Assembly: GCF_006345805.1 (NCBI RefSeq)
Contig: NC_042997.1
Span: 8,866,001 to 8,930,000, forward strand
Source: Octopus sinensis
Lineage: Eukaryota
Reading direction: 5' to 3'
Length of the DNA stretch: 64,000 bases
Shown piece by piece: positions 39,315-52,660 of the stretch. Below the pieces are notes generated by a model, which was given only the letters and a program-made list of their open reading frames with translations, was not told where the DNA came from and searched no databases. The position numbers and the translations under genes are program-made. How positions within the stretch are numbered: the stretch's first letter is position 1; every line of letters begins with the position of its first letter.

Positions 39315-39545
39315 GTGGCTGTTTGCCAGCCTACGCTTGCCCCTGTGCCGGTGGCATGTAAAAAGCACCCACTACACTCATGGAGTGGTTGGCATTAGGA
39401 AGGGCATCCAGCAGTGGAAACACTGCCAGATTAGACTGGAGCCTGGTGCAGCCTCCTGGCTTCTCAGACCCCAGTCAAACCGTCCAACCCATGCAAGCAT
39501 GGAAAACAGACGTTGAATTATGATGATGATGATGATGATGATGAC
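39315..39545 (+). mobile_element. RTE-type 3' tail element
   Basis: ccggtggcatgtaaaaagcacccactacactc..ggaaaacagacgttgaa, then (GAT)n. Confidence 0.8.
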
Positions 39546-40956
39546 CTTTGGACACTTATCATGTCTGAGATCATAACCTACTCATATTTATGCATCTGTG
39601 TTTGTTAACATTCATTTTCCAGTCTTTTTTGATGTCAATCAGTATATTACTGACTTACAATTAACTGACTCCTCATTTTATAATCTTTTGCTTCCCTCTC
39701 ATGTATCGTTGTCTGTCTCTCTTCCTCTTTCTTTGTCCCTCATCGTGTTGTTACATATTTTAATGTTTCTGTTTATCCCTTTTATGGTTGTCCAATGTAC
39801 TTGCTCTTTTCTTTCTTTTTTCTTTTTCCCACTCCCTGTTTTCTCTCCATTTCTTTCTGCTTTTTTTTTTTATCTCTTCTGTTTCTCTCCTTATCCTCTG
39901 TTTGTCTTCTCTGTTACTCTTTCTCTCTCCCTTACTCTTGTTTCTTAGTCTCTCATTTTCTTTCCCTGTCAGTTGCTTTCTTTCTATTTTCCTCCCAAAA
40001 TATTTATAAAATACCTCACCATCTACTCAATTCTCAACATCAGTTCTCTGTAACTTAATGCAATAAAGTGTTCCATGATTATCCATTCTCATTAAGCATC
40101 CAATTGCACTTGGAAGATCCAATGCAGGGTTACAAGCAACCATAATGGTGAAATGTACATAGGAACTAATCATATAAACTTATTTATGGTAATTTCTCCT
40201 ACATTTTCCCTGTATTTCATAACTAGTAATACTACTAAGTATAGTTGTTATTTAACCTGGAATTTGATGAATGTTTGGTTATGATAATCTATGTGGCACT
40301 CTCATCTTCACAAGTGCAGTCATACAACGATTTGTACACACAGGAAATACAATACACACAAACACTCACACACACACACTTTCACACACTCACACACATA
40401 CACACATATATAATGATTGGCTTTATACAGTTTCCATCAACCAAATTCACTCGCAATTCTATATCGATCCCAGTGATATAATAGAAAACACTTGCCCAAG
40501 GAGTTATGCATTAGAACTGAACCCTAAACCACATGGCAGCAAAGTGAATATGTTAAACATACAGCCATGTCTATACCTATATATGTCATGCTTTTATTTT
40601 ATATTTCTAAATAAAGAAAAAAGTAACAGCAATTCAATTAATTATTCTCTAAACTTCTTTACTGATGTTTTGCTTTCTGTTGCTGCAAAATTTATTAAAT
40701 AAATTTATTTCTCCTTGTGTTAAGTATCACATTGCCAGAAAAATTTTCAATACATTCTGGTAGCCTCTTTAACTTCTGAAGCTAGCACTGAACTAAAAAC
40801 TGTTTGTTTTTAGTTTGATAAGACAAGAACAATTTGGTAACATTATTAACATCTGGCTGTGGAATGCTTTTTCTATAAATCTTGTGCAACTCATGGGTGT
40901 AACAATGATGATGAAAATGATCATATATCAATTATATACATATATAATATAAATAA

Positions 40957-41024
<68 letters not shown>

Positions 41025-41472
41025 AGGGAGAGAGTGAGAGAAAGAGGGAGAGAGACACATACATATATATATATAAATTAAATTAGAGATAAAACCACTA
41101 TTAGGCAACTCAAATCTAATTTTTCCCTGTAAGTTTGGATATACTCCCTAATATTATTATTATAATTATATAAATATATATATATAGATGTGTGTGTGTG
41201 TACATATATATATATGTATATTACATGTATACATATACACACATAAGACACACATTTAGAATTTATGTTCTATAAAATTGTCCTAGAATAAAGAAAACTA
41301 AAAACAAAAGATCAAGGATTATGAAATAGCTATTTTATTTTGCAAGACACAAGAACCATTTTGGTAAAAGATGCAAAGGAGACTTTGGTGTATTCTATCA
41401 ACCATCAGGTCAGCAAGCAACAACTGAAATTTATTTTTCTTGATTATCTAAGGTAAGTTGCTCTGACTGAGT

Positions 41473-41513
<41 letters not shown>

Positions 41514-41999
41514 CAACCAATGCCTATAGGAGTAGTTGAGCTCTGTGTTGTAAGCTAATAAAATATTTGACAATATTAAAATGACTGTTCATTTTGCTTA
41601 CATTGAGAATTGCCAGTATTTTGTAATACCTATCAACAGCTTTATTGATGTCGAAATTTTATTGTGAGATGGATTTACAGGTAAGTTACACCACCATCAA
41701 TTCATCACATAAGAGTTCACCACCATCAATTTGCCATGAAGAAAGTTCACCGTGTACTCTAGTGTTTGGAAATAAGGTGTTTTTTATTCTTTTATTGTGA
41801 AACTATCTCTCCATAAATTTTCCTTTCAGTGAACTTTCCTTATAGTGAACTTACCTTGTTCACCAGTGAACTTACCAGAATGGTGAGAGATCTTTACTTT
41901 AGTCACAACAGAACAACAATGAACAACAAATAATCTACAAATGAACAAACTCAGTCTATTTATTCAGCTGTAGCTCTCAAAAGAGGAGTTTAGGTCAGG

Positions 42000-42790
42000 T
42001 ATGGGGTGTGGTGCATATACCATTGCAGTACATCACAACATCCATCATTTGTTAGTATTTACTCAGGTCATCCTGGACAACCTTCCAAATAGTGTCCCAA
42101 TCAGTCCACATCTCTGCAAGGTATCTTTTCATCTACTGTAACCATGTGGGATGTTGGCACCCAACATGAGATGTTGCCCCACCTGGATTCTCAGAGATGA
42201 GAACATGGTAAGCAAGATCTAACTCAGAAAATTGAGCAACATGGCCAAACAGTCTGAGCTGATACTACTAGACTGTACAAGTAACAGGACACATCACAGT
42301 TTTGGTATATAGTCATTTTGATTAGATATAACATCGAACCAATGGCTACTCATAATCTTGCAAAGTGTCCTGGTACCAAAGAATCTGAGGTGGCTCCTAA
42401 GGGCCCCAGAGAACATCCAATTCTTATAACTATAGAGTAAGACAGGGTGGTTCAGAGACCTGAAGACACAAACCTTTGTCTTCCTGCTCAAATATTGAAG
42501 GCTCTAAGCACCTGTATCCAGTGAATCCACAACTGCACCAGCACATCCAAGTCTTTTTGAAACTTTGGACTCACAGTTAAGGCTGCTATGGATCACACTG
42601 CCAAGATAAGAGAAGCAGTCAACAACTTCAATATATAGGTGTGCTGTCCAAGAATTTGGGCCCTGAAGATCTCCATTTCCAGCAACTTCGAGGGCCATCT
42701 CCCAGAGGTGTCGGGCATCAATGAAGAGCCCTCGACTACAACAAGACAACCAAAGTTTCTTTTTTTCCAAGGTCTGGGGTCTCCCACTCC
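42000..42790 (-). mobile_element. RTE (BovB/Expander-like) LINE fragment, post-RT region
   Basis: IEVVDCFSYLGSVI..KVSKRLGCA..SRKTKVCVFRSL..PVLLYSYKNW..LRFFGTRTLCKIM. Confidence 0.8.
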
Positions 42791-43814
42791 TAAGCCCTAG
42801 ACCATCACTTAATCACCCTTACCCATCTTATTTGCTTAACAACAACAACAATATATAGGTGTAGAGTGAATTGATTATAGTATCTATTTTCATACAAGAG
42901 AAAATATAATCAATTGATTCTTTATCATCACATCTATATCTGCTTTTCTATGTTGGCATGGTTGGATAGGAATTTTAGAGGTTACGTTTTATAATTTGGT
43001 GTCTTTCCTGATGCCTGTTCATTTAGTCACCTTTTACAACATATAGGTATATGACACACCTATTTGAAAAACTAGGGTACACATGGATTATGATTGCTAC
43101 TTAATTTATTGATACTTTCAAAGAGATTGAAGAGAATATTGATCTCAGTTCAAAACAGAATTGTAAGAGACTAAGCTTTGATAGAATAAAGCATTGCTTC
43201 ATGGTCTGTTGCAGTAATTTAAACATGTATATAACCTCCTCCTCCTCCTCATCATCATCATTTTAAAAATCTTCTTTCATATGCTTCCGTGGGTCAGATG
43301 AGACTATATTACAGCAGAGATTTGTACAGAGAGATACCCTTGCTGATGCCAAACCTCATTTGTTTTGAAGCACAGTTGTAATCCTCCAGTTTTATCAAAC
43401 AACAAATTGCCTGCACATGGTTTTATAGAGAACTGAAAAACAAATGACAATATTTGTATGAATGGTGAACCATTGGATTATAAAGATCACGCAATATATG
43501 TCAAGACATGTCAAAAAGTCCGGGTTAAGCTTTTGCAATGAACTGCATGCAAATGAGATTATCTATATGAACAGTGCAGCTTTTGTTTGCACCACTAAAC
43601 ACATGGGATGATAAAGGAAAATGCAAATTCACGTGCACAAACACATAAACTCACATACACACACCCAACACATAGATGGATGGACGGAACCGACATCTTT
43701 AGCTTCCATTTACAAGTTTCACTCACAAGTTATTAGACATCCTACAGCTATCGTAGAGGACACCAACTGACAATATTCAGGCAAAGGAGTTGATCCCTTA
43801 TCACATAGGTTTAA

Positions 43815-44034
43815 CCCTTTAGCATTTAATCCAGCCATATCTGGCCAAAATATTCTACTTGTCTTATGTTCAAACTGGCCAAATCTGGCCTTTCACACCT
43901 ACCCTAAAATGTCATTCTAAAAATATAAAATCACATCATCAATATTACAAAGCTATAAAATAATACATGATTAATTCAAAATAATTTGAATAAATAAGCC
44001 TTACATTTGACAGAATAATGTGAATGCTAAAGGA
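43815..44034. mobile_element. piggyBac-like MITE
   Basis: TTAA TSDs at 43811-43814 and 44035-44038; TIRs ccctttagcatt / aatgctaaagga. Confidence 0.8.
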
Positions 44035-44119
44035 TTAAATGAAACTCTTCAGTTACACAGCTATTTCAGTGCTTATAGCTGCAAAATAACATTTATTCAT
44101 CATTATTATCATCATTCAA

Positions 44120-44545
44120 AAGCAGCAAGCTGGCAGAAACGTTAGCACGCCAGGCGAACTGCTAAGCAGTATTTCGTCTGCCACCACATTCTGAGTTCAA
44201 ATTCCAGAGAGGTCGACTTTGCCATTCATCTTTTCAGGGTCGATTAAATAAGTACCAGTTACACACGGGGGTCGGTATAATCAACTTAATCCGTTTGTCT
44301 GTCCTTGTTTGTCCCCTCTGTGTGTAGCCCCTTGTGGGCAATAAAGAAATGAGAAACTTTAGCACACTGGGCAAAATGCTTAGCAGTATTTTGTCTGTCT
44401 TTACGTTCTAAGTTCAAATTCCACCGAGGTCAGCTTTGCCTTTCATCCTTTTGGGGTGATAAATTAAGTACCAGTTGTGAACTGGGGTCAATCTAATCGA
44501 CTGTCCCCTCACCAAAAATTTTAGGCCTTGTGCCTAGACTAGAAA
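44120..44545 (+). mobile_element. Two tandem family B-type SINEs
   Basis: Copy 1 runs to aataaagaaat (44350); copy 2 (variant tail ccctcaccaaaaatttta..ctagaaaag) follows directly. Confidence 0.8.
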
Positions 44546-45235
44546 AGATTGTTATCATCATTGAATTACAACAATAGTGAACACATAGTCACATCCTCCT
44601 CTACCTGTTGCAGATTTCATAATCCTTTCTAGCCTTGTGTTTGAGTGATTAGCTCTAGCAATCAATAGGACTCAAGACATTCAGTGAAATTTGTGCTGAG
44701 AATATAAAGATCCACTTGCTACCACTTGGATCGGGGGTTGATTTCTATTGTAAGGCACCTTGGGCAGGTGTTTTCCTCAATAGTGCCAGGCCAACCAATG
44801 CCTAGTGAATGAATTTGATGGACAGAAACTGTGTGGAAACCTGTTGTATTTGTGTGAGTGTATGCATATATGTTTGCATCTTTGTGTTTAACAGCCTGTA
44901 TTGGTTTGTTTACATCCTCATAACCTAGTAGTTTGGCAGAAGAGTTTGCTTTATTGAACTAAACCCTTCAAGGTGGTGTCCCATCCAATGACTGAAACAA
45001 ATATAATATTAAAGGTAAAAAACAAAATAGATATTGCATATTATCACATCAGTTGCTTTAACAACAATCAACTATCCTAGACTGGACTTTTATCAACCTA
45101 AAAGTGATGCAACAGAAGGCTGAATTTCATGGGATTTCAACTAAGAATGCAGGGAGCTGGAACAAATTTAACAAGGCTTTCTATCTGACTCTATCAAATC
45201 ACTGGTTTAAAATAGAAAATTATTGAAATATTCAG

Positions 45236-47358
45236 GATGCTACAAGAGAGCGACTTGGTGATACCATTATGAAAGGTTGCTAAATGAAGTGAATGAATGT
45301 AAGAAAGAGAGTCTGCTGAATGTCAACCCAACAGAGTGACCAGCTATCTGAATTGACAGTACCTTGGTAGATAAAGCAATTAAGGGTATGAAGACAGGGA
45401 AAGACACTAGCCCATCAGAAATCACTGCTGAGATGCTTAAAATATCTAGTGGCATAGGCTATAGTCTAGTCACCCGTATAGTTAACTAGTTGATACATGA
45501 AGGAGTCATATCCAATGACTGGTGTAGCAGCACCATAGTCAACTGTTACAAAGGATGCATTAGATAGGAATAATTACAGAGGTATCAAGTTGTTGGATCA
45601 GGTAATGAAAGTTACGGAGAGGGTCATAGACCAACTAATTGGGGAGTGAATTAGTTTAGATGAGATGCAGTTTGGTTTTGTGCCAGGAAGAAGTACTACT
45701 AATGTTATATTTCCAGTTAGGCAGCTGCAGGAGAAATACCTAGCCAAAGATAAGCCTCTGTACGTAGCTTTCATTGACTTGGAGAAAGCCTTTAACATGG
45801 TCCCCCTGATCCCTTATCTGGTGGTCAATGCGGAAACTAGGGATAGATGAATGGTTGGTGAGAGCTGTACAAGCCATGTGCAGGGATGCTACCAGTAAGG
45901 TGAGGGTTGGCAATGAGTACAGCAAAGAATTCAGGGTAGAAGTAGGGGTTCACCAAGGATTAGTCCTCAGCCCCCTCTTGTTCATCATAGTCCTCCAGGA
46001 AAATAACAGAGGAATTCAAGACAGGCTGCCCCTGGGAACTACTCTATGCTGAGTCACTCTCAGAACTAGAGAATAAGTTTTAGGTGTGGAAGCAAGGTTT
46101 AGAATCGAAGAGCCTTAGAGTCAATCTAGCAAAAACCAAAGTCTTAGTAAGTAGGAAGGCAGACAAATCACAAATCCCTTCAGGTACACGGCCCTGCTCA
46201 ATCTGTAGCAAAGGCATAGACAGAAACTCCACAAGATGTACCCTGTGTAAACTATGGACATTTAAGAGGTGCAGCAATATCAAAGATAGTTTTGTTTGTT
46301 AAGATAGATTTTGTGTATGATAGATGCACAGGGGGGCAATAAATACCGAAGATGTACAGAAAATGGATTCCATCACATGCCAGGGGAAAAAACTAGAAGT
46401 TGTTGCTAGCTTCCATTACCTAGGTGACTAAGTTAGTAACAGGGTTGGATGCCCTGAGAACATAGCCTGGGCAACATTCAGAGAGCTCCTACCTCTGCTG
46501 GTAACACTCGCTCAGAGTGAAAGGTAGACTGCATGATGCATGTGTGTGAACAGCCATGCTACACAACAGTAAAACATGCACTGTGACTGCAGAGGACATG
46601 TGTAGACTTGAAAGAAATGAAGCTAGTATGCTCTGCTGGATGTGTAATGTCAGTGTGCATACACAAAACAGTGTAAGTGCCCTGAGAGAGAAATTGGACA
46701 TATGAAGCATCAGATGTGGGGTGCAAGAGAGATGACTGTCCTAGTATGGTCATGTGTTGCATATGGATGAGGACAGCTGTGTAAAGAAGTGTCACACCCT
46801 AACAGTGGAGGGAACCTGTGGAAGAGGTCAACCCAGGAAGCTATGGGACAAGGTGGTGAAGCATGACCTTCAAATGTTGGGCCTCACAGAAGCAATGACA
46901 AGGAACCAAGACCTTTGGAAATATGCTGTGCTTGAGAAGACCTGGCTGGCCAAGTGAAATCGTGGATGTGACCGATACCAGGGTTGCATAACTGGCCAGT
47001 TTAAAAGTAATCTTCAATCATCAGACAATATGCTGTGCTTCAGAAGACCTGTTGATTCAAGTGAAATCATAGTCATGGCCAATGCTAGTGCCACATGACT
47101 GGCACCCATGCCAGTGCTACGTAAAAGGCATCATTTGAGTGAAGCCCATGCCAGCGCTGCCTGATTGGCACCCATGCTGGTGGCATGTAAAAAGCACCCA
47201 CTACACTCTAAGAGTGGTTGGCGTTAGGAAGAGCATCCAGCTGTAGAAACCTTGCCAGATCAGATTAGAGCCTGGTACAACCTCCTGGCTTGCCAGTTCT
47301 CAGTCAAACCCATGCCAGTATGGAAAGCAGATATTAAACAATGATATCGATGATGATG
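45236..47358 (+). mobile_element. 5'-truncated, decayed RTE LINE (RT, C-terminus, 3' UTR, (GAT)n tail)
   Basis: NNYRGIKLLDQVMK, QFGFVPGRSTT, AFIDLEKAFN, GVHQGLVLSPLLFIIV, RVNLAKTKV, GRGQPRKLWDKVV; many stops and frameshifts. Confidence 0.95.
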
Positions 47359-47538
47359 ATCTTCCTCTAAAATTTCATGGTATATTTGTTTACAAGATAT
47401 TTTTCATCAAAAGATAATTATTCTATGAAAAGAATTATATGACTTATTCAATTCGATGCCTCTATCTCAAGAGGATCATTTTTGTATCAAGGAAAAATTT
47501 TCAAGATAAACTTTTAAAAAATGAAGGTTTCTTTGCAG

Positions 47539-47794
47539 GAATCCTTAGAACTGTTAATGTGTGATTCAATATACACACAGAAATCTAAGATTTTTCTATG
47601 CACATTCTGTAAGAAAATTTGACTGTTTTGTTGTTTTTTTTTTCTTGGGAGTTTTTATCTCCCCTATAATAGTGCATCAAATCCTAAAATCTATCACAAC
47701 TAATGAAAAATATTCCTTAGCTAGTAAATTCTTACCAAAATTGAGTAGGCTTTACCATGAAAGTCAAGAAAGTCTTCAATCTGTCTTCAAATAA
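47539..47794 (+). CDS. Candidate two-exon C-terminus (47539-47608, 47673-47794)
   Basis: tttctttgcag acceptor, T|gtaaga donor, 64-nt intron with cccctataatag acceptor; joined frame open to the stop; no recognisable homology. Confidence 0.25.
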
Positions 47795-48436
47795 CACTAA
47801 AATATTTCATAAAATTCATTTTTCGGATAAATCAAAACTAAACCTCAAAATATGTAATATTTGGAGGAAAATGCTTCAAATAACTTTATTACTATTTATC
47901 TATTGTAGTTTTACATATTTTTGTTTGTATACAAGCCTAGAAAAGATTTGATCTTGATGCTACTGCTTTTGAAGTGTTCTCATAAATCTATTTAAAAAAT
48001 AAGCTCTGCTAGTCATCTGAGGGTTTAAATAATCTTTAGTTTATGTCTTGTAACTAGCTTTAATCTGTTTCCATGATAAAAACTATTTGCTACTAATGAC
48101 CTCGTTCAAGTCAGTTGTAAAGTGATATTATGTGGTTAAAAGTTCTATAAATGCACATGGAAAAGGAACTACATAATTATGAAGCAATGTATTGGCACAT
48201 TCAAAATCTTTCAATGATCCAAAGACAATTACCTAACCTTACATTGTTGATGTTAATATTATGCTAAAATTGTCAGACGTATGTATTACTGCATGGTTAA
48301 GAGCTTAGAGACTGTGTGATTTTTAGGTTTGATGCTTTTGTGTAATGCCTTGGTAGGTGCCTGCAACCAAAGCATTGTGTGTGTGTGTGTGCACATGTGT
48401 GCATGCATGTGCACATGTGTGTGTGTGAGAATGATA

Positions 48437-48848
48437 TATTTATTTATTGCTCCCAGGGGTCTAAACATAGAGGGGACAAACAAGGAGAGACAAAGGGATT
48501 AAGTTGATTAGATCAACCCCAGTGTGTAACTGGTGCTTATTTAACCAACTCTGAAAGGATGAAAGACAAAGTCAACCTCAGAGGAATTTGAACTCAGAAC
48601 GTAACAGCAAACGAAATACCTATTTCTTTATTACCCACAAGGGGCTAAACATAGAGGGGACAAACAAGGACAGACAAAGGTATCAAGTTGATTACATTGA
48701 CCCCAGTGCGTAACTGGTACTTAATTTATCGACCCCGAAAGGATGAAAGGCAAAGTCAACCTCGGCGGAATTTGAACTCAGAACATTGCAGCAGACGAAA
48801 TACCACTAGGGATTCCTACAGCAGGCTAACGTTTCTGCCAGCTTGCCA
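48437..48848 (-). mobile_element. Head-to-tail dimer of SINE family B
   Basis: Full copy at 48612-48848 joined at gaaatacc to a headless copy at 48437-48611. Confidence 0.85.
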
Positions 48849-49501
48849 CCTAAGAATGATATATTTATTGTCCAGAAAATTGCTGATAAGCTGTTGCATT
48901 AAAATAATTACCTTGAGATATTTATTCTACCTATGTTACATAAATAGTCCCTTGTCACTCTCACAGTAAGAATTTCAATGGATTTTGACAAATGATGCTT
49001 TTGTTCACAAAATGCTAGATTTAACAAAAAAATTGAAATTATAATGAGCTAAACATTGTAGCAAGGAGAATTCAAGTGATTTGGAAAGGTTGTATTAAAA
49101 GGTGTAAAAAAAATAGGAGATATATACTTGTTCTACTTACTTGAATATTGGAAAACTATTAAAATAAGACAAATAAAATGTTAGCCTAAATGAATATAAA
49201 CTGCAAGGAAAAGAGGAATATGTTATACATATATATATATATATATTATATATATATATATATATACACACATATATATATATACATATATGTTTTGTTT
49301 TATATTTTATATTTTATATTTTATATTTTATATTTAATTGTTGATAGGTTTATTTTAGTTTATATATTGTTTATATTGATTATATATGGATTATATATAG
49401 GTTATATATGGATTATATATTTATATTTTTTCATTCATACTTTAATTATTTTAAAATTATTATTTTTATATTTTAAAATATTGATATTTTAGATTGGAAG
49501 T

Positions 49502-49544
49502 CCACCTGAAGATTGTCGATCAAGACAAGAAACAATTGTAGTGG
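49502..49544 (+). ncRNA. Minimal type I hammerhead ribozyme, canonical core
   Basis: ccac-CTGAAGA-ttgtc(gatcaa)gacaa-GAAA-c-aatt-GTA-gtgg; all three stems paired, palindromic stem III ACAATTGT; predicted cleavage after 49540. Confidence 0.9.
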
Positions 49545-51407
49545 CAGTTTTTTTGACTATTTATTAAAATTTTATGTATTGATTAAGTCTTTCCTTGTTT
49601 GTTTTGCAAAATAGTGGTTTTGTCTCTAATAATATTTTATATATATATATATATATATACATATAATTCTTATCTCTCTTGTGTATTTGAATATATATAT
49701 GTATATATATGAGGGATATATATAAGAACTGTGTATTTATAAAATATTAAAATTTTCCAAAGTATTCAAGAAGGAGAATTATCATGACAATAAATCTGAA
49801 TGCAAGAGAGAAAACGAAGAATGACATTTAATGACCTGCACAAGGTAGAACTCGTGGGTGAGACCCCGGTGAGTGCATTGAATCCAATCTTATTTATAAG
49901 AAAAGCTATGAATATTTCAGAATGTTCTGTTTTGCATTTTAGTGCAAAAATAGGTCATTGAAGTTGGCTGGCATTTCGTCATAGATGCCAGATGATACGA
50001 TTGACTGGAATATTGGAAGGTACATTTACTTGCATGCATTAGCAGCTTAACATTTGCTGTTATTATAATACCAAATATTATTTTGAAAGAATCAAGTGTT
50101 CAAGCTATACTTTCATTTTGGTGTCGATACATAGATTATCAGTTCAAAATGGTAGATTAGTGGATTTGCTAGAGCATTCGATGGGATGTCTTGTAGTAAC
50201 TATTCAAGAACTTTGTAGTCTGGATTTCAGTAACCCACTTTGCTAGAATCTCATAAATAGTAAGTTTTTACTGAAAAAATGGTATTAAATCATGTAAAAC
50301 TATAAAGAGAGAGACTACATATGACATGCTAATAAACTCATAAAATTTTAAGAATTCTACTCATCCAAGGGCTGCATGAAGATATCTATTCTTAATTTCA
50401 TATCATAATATTCCTTTGTTCAACTATACTTTCATGAAGAAATGGGGCATAACTTGGTTTCAAAATGTTATTTCAAAATCTAAGATATTTTATGCCAAAA
50501 CAGGTGAAAATTGTTGGTTATATAACCTTCATGAGACGCTGAACTGCCACTAGATACATGTAGGTAGGTATTCTCTTGGCCCAATGAAGGATTTAAAATT
50601 AGCATTGCTTGCTAAAGAAACACTTGTCATTTTTACAGTGCTACCACTACTTCAAAGGGTTGATAACATTTCCTTTAAAAGTACACTGCATCATTTTAAG
50701 AAAAAAAGAGAGCACATTGTATAATGTAGTTTTAGATACACATACCTCAAATCAAGACAAAAAAGATATCCTTAACTGGAATGCTTTAAACCAAGGAGTT
50801 GCTTAATCGAGAATGATTTTGGAGACAAACAACAACTTATTTACACCAAGGTGAACTTAAACTGAACTCATCAACAGAATGTCATGTGTTTTAGCTACAG
50901 ACATAGTCCAGTCATGAATAAGAGCATACAAACTACTAACACAGCTGTTTATTGTGAAGTATTATATTGATCTGGTCAGCTTTTCTCTCACCTGAAGAGA
51001 GAAGTTAAAATAGGTTCTTTATATAGTTAGTTTTTATCTTCAGCAGTTCCATTTTTTTTTATATAAGTACAGAAAATGAAATATAAATGAGTCTCATTTA
51101 TATTTTGGTGTAGCAAACGTTTGTAATTTAAAGTCATCTATAATTTCATTTATCTATTAACTGCAAAGAAGTGGATCATTAATCAATATATATGTTTTTA
51201 TCTCAACGATCTCTTTATATGTATACATTCATGACTACTTTGTGAGAGACAACACAGTGAATGAAATTTTTTTACCTGTTTTAAAAACCGGTTAAGGTCA
51301 TGTTTACTGACAAATCATTCCAGTGCAATTTATTATGTCTAAAATTTCTTACATTCATTTATTAGCTAATAGTTTTCTATAAAAGAAATATCACCATATG
51401 TATATAT

Positions 51408-52296
51408 ATGAGATTTGTCTGGAAAGTATCAGGACTGGGTGTGCCGTGTGAGCTATGGGCAAAACAGGGATAAGCAGATTGTGTTTTCATCTAACATGAT
51501 ATCTTGAGAGTATATAATTGTAATCTTAGCTTTCTGCACCCATTACATATCTTTTCACAGGCTTTTGTTTACACCTCCTCTTTTCTTCTCTTTTTCAGGT
51601 CATTCAGCTATGAGCACTGAGGAATGCACAATGAACACTGGGCAAGGAATAAACCTGAAATTTTGGGTCCAGTTGAGGAAAATTCTGTCGCAAGCACTTG
51701 AAATGCTTCAGCAAGCGTATGGAGATAACACCATGTTGGGCACACCAGTTTTTGAGTGGCACAAGATGTTCAAAACGGGGCATGAGTAGGTAGAAGTTGA
51801 CTCCAGGAATGGGAGGTCTTTAACATGCAGGGCTGAGATGAAAGTCAAGTGGGCAGTCAGCAAGTCTACAAAGAGAACCTACAGCATTTGCTTTGCTCAG
51901 TGTGCAAGAAGAGACAAGAGTTCTGCTAATCACGACTGCTTCACCATGACAATGCACCTGCTCACAACACCCTGAGCAACCAGCAGTTCCTGGCAAAGAA
52001 GAATATCACCATACTGGAACAACCTCCCTATTCACCTGATTTTTCTCTCTGCAATTTTTTTCTTTTCCCCAAGCTCAAGGGGTTCATCAAGAGAACCCGT
52101 TTTAAAGGCATGGAAGCCATCGAGAGGGCCATAATGACAGGGATTAGGGGCATCCCAGTTGCATCCTTCCAGCAGTACATAGAAGTATGTAGGGAAAGAC
52201 AGGACAGTGCATTAGACTTGAGCGGGGTTACTTTGAAGGGGAAACCATGAATATTATTGTTTGAAATTGAAATAATTTGTTTGTGACACCAGTCCT
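51408..52296 (+). mobile_element. Defective mariner with large internal deletion
   Basis: INLKFWVQL..ALEMLQQAYGD..VFEWHKMFKTG; HHDNAPAH..QPPYSPDFSLCNFFLFPKLK; partial TIRs tcaggactgg / ccagtcctga. Confidence 0.9.
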
Positions 52297-52323
52297 GAAT
52301 GTATGTGTGTATGTATGTATGTA

Positions 52324-52660
52324 AAGCTGGACTCAAGAGTAATCTTCGTAGTCATAAAGCGAGACAGATGAGTGACAACCTGGCCACTAGTGGTGGTGTT
52401 ACACAACATACTAATCATATCTGTCAGGCATGTGGAAGAGAGCGTAATTCAGCAGGACTTAAACGACATTGCAAAGGTACATGAAGCCCAGTTACAACTA
52501 CAGCTGGCTATTACCGGTAAAGGTTTTAGTTGCCAATTCTGTAAAAGACATTGTAGATCTTTGGCTGGGCTAAAAAGTCACATTTGATCACAGCACCAGT
52601 AATAGTTAAGCTTCGTGCAATGGCCATACTCGATAACGAGGGGGTAGCCATAGAAATAAT
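52324..52660 (+). mobile_element. RTE LINE extreme 3' end with repeated C2H2-like motifs
   Basis: AGLKSNLRSH, CQACGR..SAGLKRH, CQFCKRHCRSLAGLKSH, then tail ggccatactcgataacgagggg. Confidence 0.7.

Noticed and set aside
39550-40010. Hydrophobic ORFs 39598-40058
   Set aside because: Low-complexity CT-rich sequence, not a membrane protein.
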